Sequence record: NC_028840.1
Source: Escherichia phage slur09
Length of the DNA: 64,000 nt
Reading direction: 5' to 3' (one strand)
Part shown: one piece after another, positions 49,195 through 55,356 of the stretch
Position numbering within the stretch: position 1 is the stretch's first letter
Layout: every line of letters starts with the position of its first letter
Translations under genes and position numbers: made by a program
Notes under the pieces: generated by a model
What the model was told of the DNA's origin: nothing
The model's database searches: none
Seen by the model: only the letters and a program-made list of their open reading frames with translations

Positions 49195-49383
49195 GTGGAA
49201 TTATACATAGTTTATGTTGTGTTTATTCAAGATAGAGAATACCCTGATGAATATAAACAAGGATATAGGTTAGCCAGAGCTACTTCTGAAGCCCAAGCTA
49301 TGGATAAGGTGGCAGATTATATGATTACAGTAGAAAACGTACACTATATCGACTACCTTGAAGCCTCAAAAGTAATTGACTAA
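49195..49383 (+). CDS. hypothetical small protein (GTG start)
   Basis: ORF-track ORF 49048..49383 overlaps two tRNAs at its 5' end; in-frame GTG after AGGGGA lies downstream of the tRNAs. Confidence 0.3.
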   Translation: MELYIVYVVFIQDREYPDEYKQGYRLARATSEAQAMDKVADYMITVENVHYIDYLEASKVID

Positions 49384-49392
49384 GGAGACTAT

Positions 49393-49578
49393 ATGTCTAA
49401 GTTTCAAGAACTCAAGCAAGAGCTAGAAGAGTGTGCCTGCCCTGAGTGTAGAGGAATTGGTGAAAGTTCTGATGCAGAAGCAGGAGATACTTTTTGCAAT
49501 ATCTGGGTTTGCCCAAATTGCAATGGTACAGGTATTAATCCTAACTGTGGTATTTCCCTAGATATTGAACGAGGATAA
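49393..49578 (+). CDS. hypothetical zinc-ribbon mini-protein
   Basis: 61 aa; CACPEC...CPNC. Confidence 0.45.
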   Translation: MSKFQELKQELEECACPECRGIGESSDAEAGDTFCNIWVCPNCNGTGINPNCGISLDIERG

Positions 49579-49679
49579 TACCTGTGAAACTAAAAGATTA
49601 TTATATTGGTTGGTTTGTGGGACTAGTAGTAGGATTTTCACTAGGCTATAATATGTATCAACTAATAAACTGATTACAT

Positions 49680-49756
49680 GGGGGTGTAATCGAATTGGCA
49701 TAGGTACTGGACTTAAAATTCAGGTTTTGTGGGTTCGAATCCCACCACCCCTACCA
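49680..49756 (+). tRNA. tRNA with Leu anticodon TAA on a short-variable-arm (type I) scaffold
   Basis: Acceptor GGGGGTG/CACCCCT, A73, D-loop AATTGGCAT, anticodon arm CTGGA-CTTAAAA-TTCAG, 5-nt variable loop, T-arm GTGGG-TTCGAAT-CCCAC. Confidence 0.6.
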
Positions 49757-49772
49757 AATTAAGGAAATAAGA

Positions 49773-49943
49773 TGTATAGACATCCACCTCCGCCAACACG
49801 TCGTTCTAGAGAAGTTATTCTCATGGAATTGACTAAAAACTTCAAGGCAACTCTTGAAGATAGAGATCTAGGCACGGATGAAGACATTGATTTTATTTGT
49901 AGACTATTAAAGATGAAACTGGAGAAACAACATGGCTAATCCT
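49773..49943 (+). CDS. hypothetical small protein (56 aa)
   Basis: ATG after AAGGAAATAAG; below ORF-track length cutoff; stop overlaps the next ORF start. Confidence 0.4.
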
Positions 49944-50138
49944 GAAATTACCGCACAACGTTTCATGCTTAAAGGCATGATTGCTGAGGCAGGTATAACT
50001 CAAGAGGTTGCAGATTTTCATAAGCAATTTCTTGACATTATAACTCTAGCTAAAGAGACTGGAGAAAAAGAACACGGAGCAGCAATTATGGCTATATCTC
50101 TTATTAGTCTAGACTTGGCTGAAGAGTCTGGAGTTTAG
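49932..50138 (+). CDS. hypothetical protein
   Basis: ORF track, 68 aa. Confidence 0.45.
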   Translation: MANPEITAQRFMLKGMIAEAGITQEVADFHKQFLDIITLAKETGEKEHGAAIMAISLISLDLAEESGV

Positions 50139-50168
50139 CTCCTCCAAACAGAATTTTTAAAAATGTAC

Positions 50169-50198
50169 TTGCCTTTTGCTTTAAATTTCTGGTATAAT
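50169..50198 (+). promoter_or_regulatory. T5-type promoter (TTGCCT -35)
   Basis: TTGCCT-N18-TATAAT. Confidence 0.5.
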
Positions 50199-50228
50199 AG
50201 TTATATAAATTGATGAAGGAGTTAACGA

Positions 50229-50504
50229 ATGCAAAATCGTGTTATAGCAACTGGTATTGAAAGTGCAATCTGTAAATCCTGGGAAGGCTGGGAAGGTGAG
50301 ATTGAATGGCTTTATTTCTACGATGTAGAACTTCTGCCGGAAGTTAAAACTAAATGTGTTGAAGCTGGCATGGCTCCAGATGCAAAAGCTGATATTGATA
50401 TTTCAATGTCTGAACTTAAAGGTCGTGTAATTACTGTTAGTGATGAGGGTGAAGAAGTTTTCGAACTTCCATTCTCCTTAACTGTCACTCCTAAGTTCGA
50501 CTAA
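50229..50504 (+). CDS. hypothetical protein
   Basis: ORF track, 91 aa. Confidence 0.5.
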   Translation: MQNRVIATGIESAICKSWEGWEGEIEWLYFYDVELLPEVKTKCVEAGMAPDAKADIDISMSELKGRVITVSDEGEEVFELPFSLTVTPKFD

Positions 50505-50527
50505 CTAATACAGCACTGAGCAAGTTC

Positions 50528-50567
50528 TTTAAAATTTGACTTGCTCAGTGCCATAAAACTTGATATA
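50528..50567 (+). terminator. long hairpin (13-bp stem GCACTGAGCAAGT/ACTTGCTCAGTGC) whose 3' arm overlaps the -35 of the next promoter
   Basis: Perfect 13-bp inverted repeat; TTGACT -35 lies inside the 3' arm; TATAAT follows 17-18 bp later. Confidence 0.55.
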
Positions 50568-50634
50568 ATATTTATCTAATTTGGAAACATATTTAAAAGT
50601 GTTTAAATGAGGCTTTTTGAATACTTCTAAATAT

Positions 50635-50722
50635 GGGCGTTTATTCCGTAAGTGGTAGCGGAGGGGATTGTAAATCCCTGGTCATTGCGACTCGAGTGGT
50701 TCGACTCCATTAACGCCCACCA
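50635..50722 (+). tRNA. tRNA-Tyr (anticodon GTA), long variable arm
   Basis: Acceptor GGGCGTT/AACGCCC, A73, anticodon arm GGGGA-TTGTAAA-TCCCT, long variable arm, encoded CCA. Confidence 0.75.
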
Positions 50723-50739
50723 AATTAAAGGTAAAGGAT

Positions 50740-51231
50740 ATGTATATTGATCGGATAATTCAAGAAGCTGCAAATAGGGGTATTATACAGTTGGGTTCAC
50801 CCGCTGATATAAACAAAGATCTAATATTAGAAAGCCTCACATTTGGTACAGCTAACTTTGGTCGCGATAGTAATCGTCGATATAGCTTGAAGTTATCTGC
50901 ACTATCTTTTATCAAGTATAACAAAAGTATTGGAGAAAAATCCAGCTGTGGTTTTATTTACGCAATAACTAACCCAGCTTGGGATAACTATGTAAAAATT
51001 GGTATGTCTTCTGATCCTAAAACAAGATTAGGAAATTACCAAACCTATTCTCCTTTACGTGATTATAAGTTAATACATTGGTCATTTTGGTTTAATGCTA
51101 GAGAAGCGGAGAAAATGCTTCATAATAGCTTTCCTGAACGGCTTAATGAATGGGTAGTGTTAGACAGAGGTGTAGACGAAATACTTTCCGAGTTTAACAA
51201 TCTATCCAATAAGCAATTTAAGTCCTGTTAG
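50740..51231 (+). CDS. T5orf172-domain protein (GIY-YIG-like, putative homing endonuclease family)
   Basis: 163 aa; GFIYAITNPAWDNYVKIGMS...RL.NYQTYSP motif shared with ORF 54257..54730. Confidence 0.6.
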   Translation: MYIDRIIQEAANRGIIQLGSPADINKDLILESLTFGTANFGRDSNRRYSLKLSALSFIKYNKSIGEKSSCGFIYAITNPAWDNYVKIGMSSDPKTRLGNYQTYSPLRDYKLIHWSFWFNAREAEKMLHNSFPERLNEWVVLDRGVDEILSEFNNLSNKQFKSC

Positions 51232-51298
51232 ACAAACTGGTAAAGTCACTACCCTTTCAAGGTAGGATTTGCGGGTTCGATCCCCGCACAGGACGCCA
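51222..51298 (+). tRNA. tRNA-Glu (anticodon TTC)
   Basis: Acceptor GTCCTGT/ACAGGAC, anticodon arm CTACC-CTTTCAA-GGTAG, T-arm GCGGG-TTCGATC-CCCGC; 5' end overlaps the last codons of ORF 50740..51231. Confidence 0.75.
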
Positions 51299-51306
51299 AT
51301 TTCTGC

Positions 51307-51383
51307 ATTCCTAGAGTGTTACTGGACAGCATGTCGGTCTCCAAAACCGTACGGTCTAGGTTCGAGTCCTAGTAGGTTTGCCA
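51307..51383 (+). tRNA. tRNA-Trp-like (anticodon CCA) with two U-U mismatches in the acceptor stem
   Basis: Anticodon arm CGGT-CTCCAAA-ACCG, T-arm CTAGG-TTCGAGT-CCTAG, acceptor ATTCCTA/TAGGTTT pairs 5 of 7. Confidence 0.45.
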
Positions 51384-51389
51384 AAATTT

Positions 51390-51464
51390 GCACCTTTAGC
51401 TGAGATGGATTAGCGCTTGCCTGAAGAGCTTGAGAGGTTCGTTCGATTCGAACAGGGTGCACCA
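51390..51464 (+). tRNA. tRNA-Phe (anticodon GAA)
   Basis: Acceptor GCACCTT/AGGGTGC, anticodon loop CTGAAGA, T-arm GTTCG-TTCGATT-CGAAC; anticodon stem has two U-U mismatches. Confidence 0.6.
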
Positions 51465-51481
51465 ATTTGAAGGAGCTGCTG

Positions 51482-51754
51482 ATGCATCCTGAAAACTTCT
51501 TTATTTACTGCGCTGATAAGTCGCTGAAACGTAGAATTAACAAAGTCTATCATTATCGTGCTAGTCAACAGCCTTATGTATATGCTTTTGACGGTGATCA
51601 CATTCCATTAGAACAATTATCCTGTGATTACATGATATTGAAGAACTTTGATGAGACAAAGATCTCAAGCGTTCATAATCGACAGAATCCATTAACGTGG
51701 AAATATAAGAAGAAAAAGAAAGGCATCAAATTCTTAAAAAATGTAGTTGCTTAG
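51482..51754 (+). CDS. hypothetical protein
   Basis: ATG after AAGGAG RBS (ORF track starts at 51467). Confidence 0.45.
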   Translation: MHPENFFIYCADKSLKRRINKVYHYRASQQPYVYAFDGDHIPLEQLSCDYMILKNFDETKISSVHNRQNPLTWKYKKKKKGIKFLKNVVA

Positions 51755-51775
51755 TTTCCAAAAGTTCTGTATAAT
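51747..51775 (+). promoter_or_regulatory. T5-type promoter
   Basis: TTGCTT-N17-TATAAT. Confidence 0.6.
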
Positions 51776-51804
51776 AATTACATAAATTGAACTGGAGAAG
51801 CAAC

Positions 51805-52029
51805 ATGACAGAACAAGAATTGAATGAACGTAAGCTGGTAATGCTTCGCTTACTAAATATTTTCTCTGGTATGGACGGTGGAATTGACTTTGTTCATCTA
51901 CGTTCTTTCGTAGAAGAAGCCGAAGGCGAATCTATCACTAAAATCCTTAAACACATGGGATTACTTTTAGATGCTGCTAATGTGGCTACTGAATATAAAC
52001 TAGAAGATCTACCGAAGCGTGTTAAATGA
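51805..52029 (+). CDS. hypothetical protein
   Basis: ATG after GGAGAAG (ORF track starts at 51787). Confidence 0.45.
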   Translation: MTEQELNERKLVMLRLLNIFSGMDGGIDFVHLRSFVEEAEGESITKILKHMGLLLDAANVATEYKLEDLPKRVK

Positions 52030-52217
52030 AACGATTAGTTAGATTTAAGTGTTGTGGTTCTGAACATATTTTCACATATCTTCGTGAATTTAAAATGTGT
52101 GATTGTGGTAAATCAGGCTATGACTCAGGAGACGGGTTCTACACCCGTACTCTAGGGAACTTCAATGATCTAGAATTTGAAGATCTCGAAAAACAAGATA
52201 AATCGACCGTTGGCTGA
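52026..52217 (+). CDS. hypothetical zinc-ribbon mini-protein
   Basis: 63 aa; CC...CDC pattern; 3' end overlaps the start of tRNA-Cys. Confidence 0.45.
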   Translation: MKRLVRFKCCGSEHIFTYLREFKMCDCGKSGYDSGDGFYTRTLGNFNDLEFEDLEKQDKSTVG

Positions 52218-52279
52218 ATGGCTTAGGCGAAGGATTGCAAATCCTTTTTATGTGAGTTCAAATCTCATGCGGTCGTCCA
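52204..52279 (+). tRNA. tRNA-Cys (anticodon GCA)
   Basis: Acceptor CGACCGT/GCGGTCG, anticodon arm AAGGA-TTGCAAA-TCCTT, T-arm GTGAG-TTCAAAT-CTCAT, encoded CCA. Confidence 0.75.
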
Positions 52280-52281
52280 AT

Positions 52282-52422
52282 TTGCTGAAAGAATTGTTAA
52301 ATCAATTCAGGCACGCGTAGGAACACTGTCTCCGTAATTGAAAGATGAGGCACGGTTTGGAGAGGTATGCTGCTACACGCTACGGTGCTAACTCCGTCTA
52401 GGTGAAAATCCTAGTCAGCAAT
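52282..52422 (+). ncRNA. tRNA-like RNA (about 141 nt) with 7-bp acceptor stem, D-like arm, T-arm and a roughly 59-nt insertion enclosed by an extended anticodon-type stem
   Basis: Perfect acceptor TTGCTGA/TCAGCAA; T-arm CTAGG-TGAAAAT-CCTAG; D-like hairpin GAATT...AATTC; 9-bp stem GCACGCGTAG/CTACGGTGC enclosing 52321-52379; no encoded CCA. Confidence 0.4.
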
Positions 52423-52431
52423 ATAAATTTA

Positions 52432-52514
52432 GGGTCGTTAGCCAAGCGGTTTGGCGGTGGACTGTTAATCCATGTCGAAAGACAACGTAGGTTCGAATCC
52501 TACACGGCCCGCCA
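52432..52514 (+). tRNA. tRNA with Asn anticodon GTT on a long-variable-arm (type II) scaffold
   Basis: Acceptor GGGTCGT/ACGGCCC, G73, D-arm GCCA/TGGC, anticodon arm GTGGA-CTGTTAA-TCCAT, 13-nt variable arm with GTC-GAAA-GAC hairpin, T-arm GTAGG-TTCGAAT-CCTAC. Confidence 0.6.
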
Positions 52515-52616
52515 AATTCTGTGTAGAGTTAAGTAAACCGGTAGCCAACCAGCTATCATTGCTGACATCGAATTCAGCCACAGATACCATTTTCATTAAT
52601 AACTGAGGAAACAAGC

Positions 52617-52802
52617 ATGTCCAAGAATGTAATTGCACAGTTAGAAGTTCATCGTGATAGCACTATCAACAATATTGAAGTTGAGAAGAAATACATCGAA
52701 GAACTTAAACATGATATACTAGTAAGTCTTAATCGTCTTAATGTACGAAAAGACTTTCTTAAAGAACTTAATGCAGCTATTGAAAAACTCAAAGCTGAGT
52801 AA
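52617..52802 (+). CDS. hypothetical protein
   Basis: ORF track, 61 aa. Confidence 0.45.
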   Translation: MSKNVIAQLEVHRDSTINNIEVEKKYIEELKHDILVSLNRLNVRKDFLKELNAAIEKLKAE

Positions 52803-52811
52803 ATGAATTAT

Positions 52812-52888
52812 GCGACCGGGGCTGGCTTGGTAATGGTACTCCCCTGTCACGGGAGAGAATGTGGGTTCGAATCCCATCGGTCGCGCCA
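52812..52888 (+). tRNA. tRNA-Asp (anticodon GTC)
   Basis: Acceptor GCGACCG/CGGTCGC, anticodon arm CTCCC-CTGTCAC-GGGAG, T-arm GTGGG-TTCGAAT-CCCAT, encoded CCA. Confidence 0.75.
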
Positions 52889-52914
52889 AACTAAACTAGC
52901 ACGAGAAATATGCT

Positions 52915-53262
52915 ATGATTAATGCTAAAGAAGAATTGTTACTTGCCCTAAAGAATACTAATTCTGAAGTTAAGTGTATTAAGATAGAATTCGGTTATTA
53001 TGGGGACAAAGAAGTTTGGGTATTACCCGTAGGTTATACAGAAAAAGATATTGAAGATTTTCTAAATAATCTAGACTTTAAATATGATTCTGGTTTCGGT
53101 GGACAATTGCTTTATGGTAACGTATGGTTTACTGATGGAACTTGGTTAGAACGTGGTGAATATGATGGTTCTGAATGGTGGGAATATAAGACTACACCAG
53201 CAATTCCAGAGGAATGTCGAACAATTAATGGTGAAGTAGATCATACATTACTATTAAATTAA
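52915..53262 (+). CDS. hypothetical protein
   Basis: ORF track, 115 aa. Confidence 0.5.
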   Translation: MINAKEELLLALKNTNSEVKCIKIEFGYYGDKEVWVLPVGYTEKDIEDFLNNLDFKYDSGFGGQLLYGNVWFTDGTWLERGEYDGSEWWEYKTTPAIPEECRTINGEVDHTLLLN

Positions 53263-53384
53263 CAAAATTTCAGTGCAGAACACGGAGCTAGCAATTCGGA
53301 AGTGCCGACTCATGATAGGCTGCCTATGTACTTGCGAAGCGGTCGTGTCCAAGACTCGGACTCTTGCACTGAAAACAATCAAAC

Positions 53385-53505
53385 ATTCTAGCGTGGTTGA
53401 TGGGGAAACCAGCTTGGCTAGGGCAGAAGCTCGTTCGATTCGAGTGAAAGAATGGTTCTCGTAAGTCCGCACAAGTGATAACAGGTTCGAGTCCTGTCTA
53501 GAATG
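53385..53505 (+). ncRNA. tRNA-like RNA (about 121 nt) with a roughly 53-nt insertion in the anticodon arm
   Basis: Perfect 7-bp acceptor ATTCTAG/CTAGAAT; D-arm TGGT/ACCA with GG-containing loop; anticodon-type stem CTTG/CAAG enclosing 53418-53470; T-arm ACAGG-TTCGAGT-CCTGT. Confidence 0.4.
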
Positions 53506-53514
53506 ACACTATAA

Positions 53515-53637
53515 AGTTTACTTATTATGTAGGTTCCGATAGATCGGCGGGTCTATTCTGGCATTTAAGAGAGGTCTCGCAAACTTCTTTGTCAGCCGTG
53601 GGGTTGATAGCCTCCAGGTGGCCTACACAATAAGTAA
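53515..53637 (+). repeat. 17-bp inverted repeat (TTTACTTATTATGTAGG / CCTACACAATAAGTAAA, one mismatch) flanking an 89-bp core
   Basis: Arms at 53515-53531 and 53621-53637 are reverse complements with a single mismatch; no ORF inside. Confidence 0.6.
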
Positions 53638-53654
53638 ATTTATTAAAAATTCAT

Positions 53655-53683
53655 TTGCTATTCTGCTTAATTATCTGTATAAT
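53655..53683 (+). promoter_or_regulatory. T5-type promoter
   Basis: TTGCTA-N17-TATAAT. Confidence 0.6.
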
Positions 53684-53715
53684 ATATTTTATAAAGTGAA
53701 GAGAAGGAAAGCAAA

Positions 53716-53913
53716 ATGAAAAAAGTTTTACTGCTGTCTGTATTCCTACTCACTGGTTGTTTTAAACTTGACTCAACCATTAATAAAGAGTATGAATTTG
53801 CTAAAAATTTCTGTGGCGGAGAGAGTAATATAAAGAATTTCTACATATATAGTACAATTCCTAGTACCGTTTATTGTGTAGACGGACGAATTATTAATAT
53901 TCCTCCACAATAA
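53716..53913 (+). CDS. small lipoprotein (lipobox LLTGC)
   Basis: 65 aa; MKKVLLLSVFLLTGC signal peptide with lipobox Cys. Confidence 0.55.
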   Translation: MKKVLLLSVFLLTGCFKLDSTINKEYEFAKNFCGGESNIKNFYIYSTIPSTVYCVDGRIINIPPQ

Positions 53914-53922
53914 AAGAATTAA

Positions 53923-53998
53923 CAGTGCGTAGCGCAGTTGGTAGCGTGGGAGCCTTGGATGCTTCGGGTCGCAGGTTCGAGTCCTGCCGCACTGACCA
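53923..53998 (+). tRNA. tRNA-Pro (anticodon TGG)
   Basis: Acceptor CAGTGCG/CGCACTG, D-arm GCGC/GCGT, anticodon arm GGAGC-CTTGGAT-GCTTC, T-arm GCAGG-TTCGAGT-CCTGC, encoded CCA. Confidence 0.8.
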
Positions 53999-54004
53999 AA
54001 CAAT

Positions 54005-54082
54005 TGCGGGTTAGATCTCTGGTAGAGATCGCTAGTCTCATAAGCTAGAAAGAGGTAGGTTCGATTCCTGCACCCGCTTCCA
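54005..54082 (+). tRNA. tRNA with CAT anticodon (Met/Ile2/initiator candidate), U1-U72 mismatch
   Basis: Acceptor TGCGGGT/ACCCGCT (first pair U-U), D-arm GATC/GATC, anticodon arm CTAGT-CTCATAA-GCTAG, T-arm GTAGG-TTCGATT-CCTGC. Confidence 0.6.
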
Positions 54083-54102
54083 TTTTAATAGAGGATTTCG
54101 AA

Positions 54103-54267
54103 ATGAAAGTATTTCGATTAGTAGTAAGTGACAAACGTTTAGGTAAGAATACCTCAAAATCCTTACTTGCTCATTATGGAAAAGACGAGAAAGAAGTAAT
54201 GGCGGAGTTTGGGATTAATCACCCTTACTTGAAAGTTCACTCTATTAAGGAAGTTTATGCTTATTAA
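54103..54267 (+). CDS. hypothetical small protein (54 aa)
   Basis: ATG shortly after the tRNA; below ORF-track cutoff; stop overlaps the start of ORF 54257. Confidence 0.35.
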   Translation: MKVFRLVVSDKRLGKNTSKSLLAHYGKDEKEVMAEFGINHPYLKVHSIKEVYAY

Positions 54268-54730
54268 CAAGGTGCTTCAAGCTCTAGATCTTCCAGAGCT
54301 CTTTACTATTACCGACTCCTTAATACATCGGTATATGGAAAAGTATAATGAAATCTCTGGTAAAAAAGGGAAACTAAAATCCTCAGAATTTAAGTTCTGT
54401 TATAGAATGGCAGCATTAAACCTCTTAAAGTATAAGAGGGAGCATAAAATTCCTATAACAGAAGGATTTGTCTATGTAATAGGTAATCCAGCATGGCCTG
54501 GACTATATAAGATAGGCATGACAGTAGATGTGAACGAAAGACTGTCTAGTTATCAAACATATTCGCCTTATCGTGATTACAAGTTATACCATTTCAGATT
54601 CTCCTCAGACAAGAGAAGAACTGAAAAAGCATTACATAACCTTCTGAAAGACTACAAAATATCAGGAGAATGGTTTGAAGTACCTCTGTTAGACGCCTTC
54701 AAACTATTAGTAGAAAATTTGGATTGCTAA
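54257..54730 (+). CDS. T5orf172-domain protein (GIY-YIG-like, putative homing endonuclease family)
   Basis: 157 aa; GFVYVIGNPAWPGLYKIGMT...RLSSYQTYSP motif, paralog of 50740..51231. Confidence 0.6.
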   Translation: MLINKVLQALDLPELFTITDSLIHRYMEKYNEISGKKGKLKSSEFKFCYRMAALNLLKYKREHKIPITEGFVYVIGNPAWPGLYKIGMTVDVNERLSSYQTYSPYRDYKLYHFRFSSDKRRTEKALHNLLKDYKISGEWFEVPLLDAFKLLVENLDC

Positions 54731-54798
54731 CTCAACTGGATAAGAGTACCGGACCTTTAATCCGTCAGTTCTGGGTTCGAATCCCAGGCAATCCACCA
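54721..54798 (+). tRNA. tRNA-Lys (anticodon TTT)
   Basis: Acceptor GGATTGC/GCAATCC, D-arm ACTC/GAGT, anticodon loop CCTTTAA, T-arm CTGGG-TTCGAAT-CCCAG, encoded CCA. Confidence 0.8.
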
Positions 54799-54816
54799 AT
54801 TTCAAGAAAAACTCAG

Positions 54817-54845
54817 TTGCTTGATGCTTAATTTCTTGTTATAAT
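54817..54845 (+). promoter_or_regulatory. T5-type promoter driving a 1.2-kb ORF-free tRNA/ncRNA transcript
   Basis: TTGCTT-N17-TATAAT; no ORF of 60 aa or more until 56023. Confidence 0.6.
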
Positions 54846-55083
54846 ATTTATATAAATTGATGAGGAGAAATCCTCATCATAGTTCACTAAGGTATTAGCT
54901 CGACCTAGGACTGGCTGCCAAAAAGCACGATCCCTTCTACTTGGGAGGAGTTCTAGATTAGTCCACTAGATTCAGTGGCAACTGAGTAGTGTATCGGGTT
55001 TGCGAGATGACGTAGTTCCTTCCGCTCGAAGCGAAGGTGCTGTAGTTACGCCGAGCTAATAGCCTTAGTAAACTAAAGAATTT

Positions 55084-55162
55084 GGGGAATGGGTCTGCAT
55101 GGAGTGGACACCTCGCTTGCACCGAGGACATCAGGACGGTTCGATTCCGTTATTCTCCACCA
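55084..55162 (+). tRNA. tRNA-Ala (anticodon TGC)
   Basis: Acceptor GGGGAAT/ATTCTCC (G3-U70 wobble), anticodon arm CCTCG-CTTGCAC-CGAGG, T-arm GACGG-TTCGATT-CCGTT, encoded CCA. Confidence 0.65.
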
Positions 55163-55167
55163 AATAC

Positions 55168-55244
55168 GCGTGATTGATGGAATTGGCATACATACCGTCC
55201 TTAGAAGTCGGGTTTTGAGGGTTCGAATCCCTTGTCACGCACCA
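55168..55244 (+). tRNA. tRNA with Leu anticodon TAG on a short-variable-arm (type I) scaffold
   Basis: Acceptor GCGTGAT/GTCACGC, A73, D-loop AATTGGCAT, anticodon arm CCGTC-CTTAGAA-GTCGG (one U-U), T-arm GAGGG-TTCGAAT-CCCTT; paralogous to the tRNA at 49680. Confidence 0.6.
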
Positions 55245-55356
55245 AATTTGATGGTCAGAGTAAATTAAACCTACTATCTCGGTTGAGCTGTTTTAATGGG
55301 TTCGAATCCCAGCGAGGCGTAACTGCCTGGTGTGATAGAGGCATCATCTTATTATT

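Noticed and set aside
53254-53472. ORFs 53254..53472 (minus) and 53273..53464 (plus)
   Set aside because: They cover the structured tRNA-like RNA at 53385-53505 and its flanks, have no RBS, and are mutually antisense; they were treated as artefacts of an RNA locus.
53773-54003. Minus-strand ORFs overlapping tRNAs (53773..54003, 56402..56881, 58402..58602)
   Set aside because: They are antisense to well-folded tRNA genes or to plus-strand ORFs with good starts.
49680-55244. Stop-codon suppressor tRNAs (anticodons TAA and TAG)
   Set aside because: Read 5' to 3', anticodons UAA and UAG decode the Leu codons UUA and CUA, not the stop codons UAA/UAG; suppressors would need UUA or CUA anticodons.
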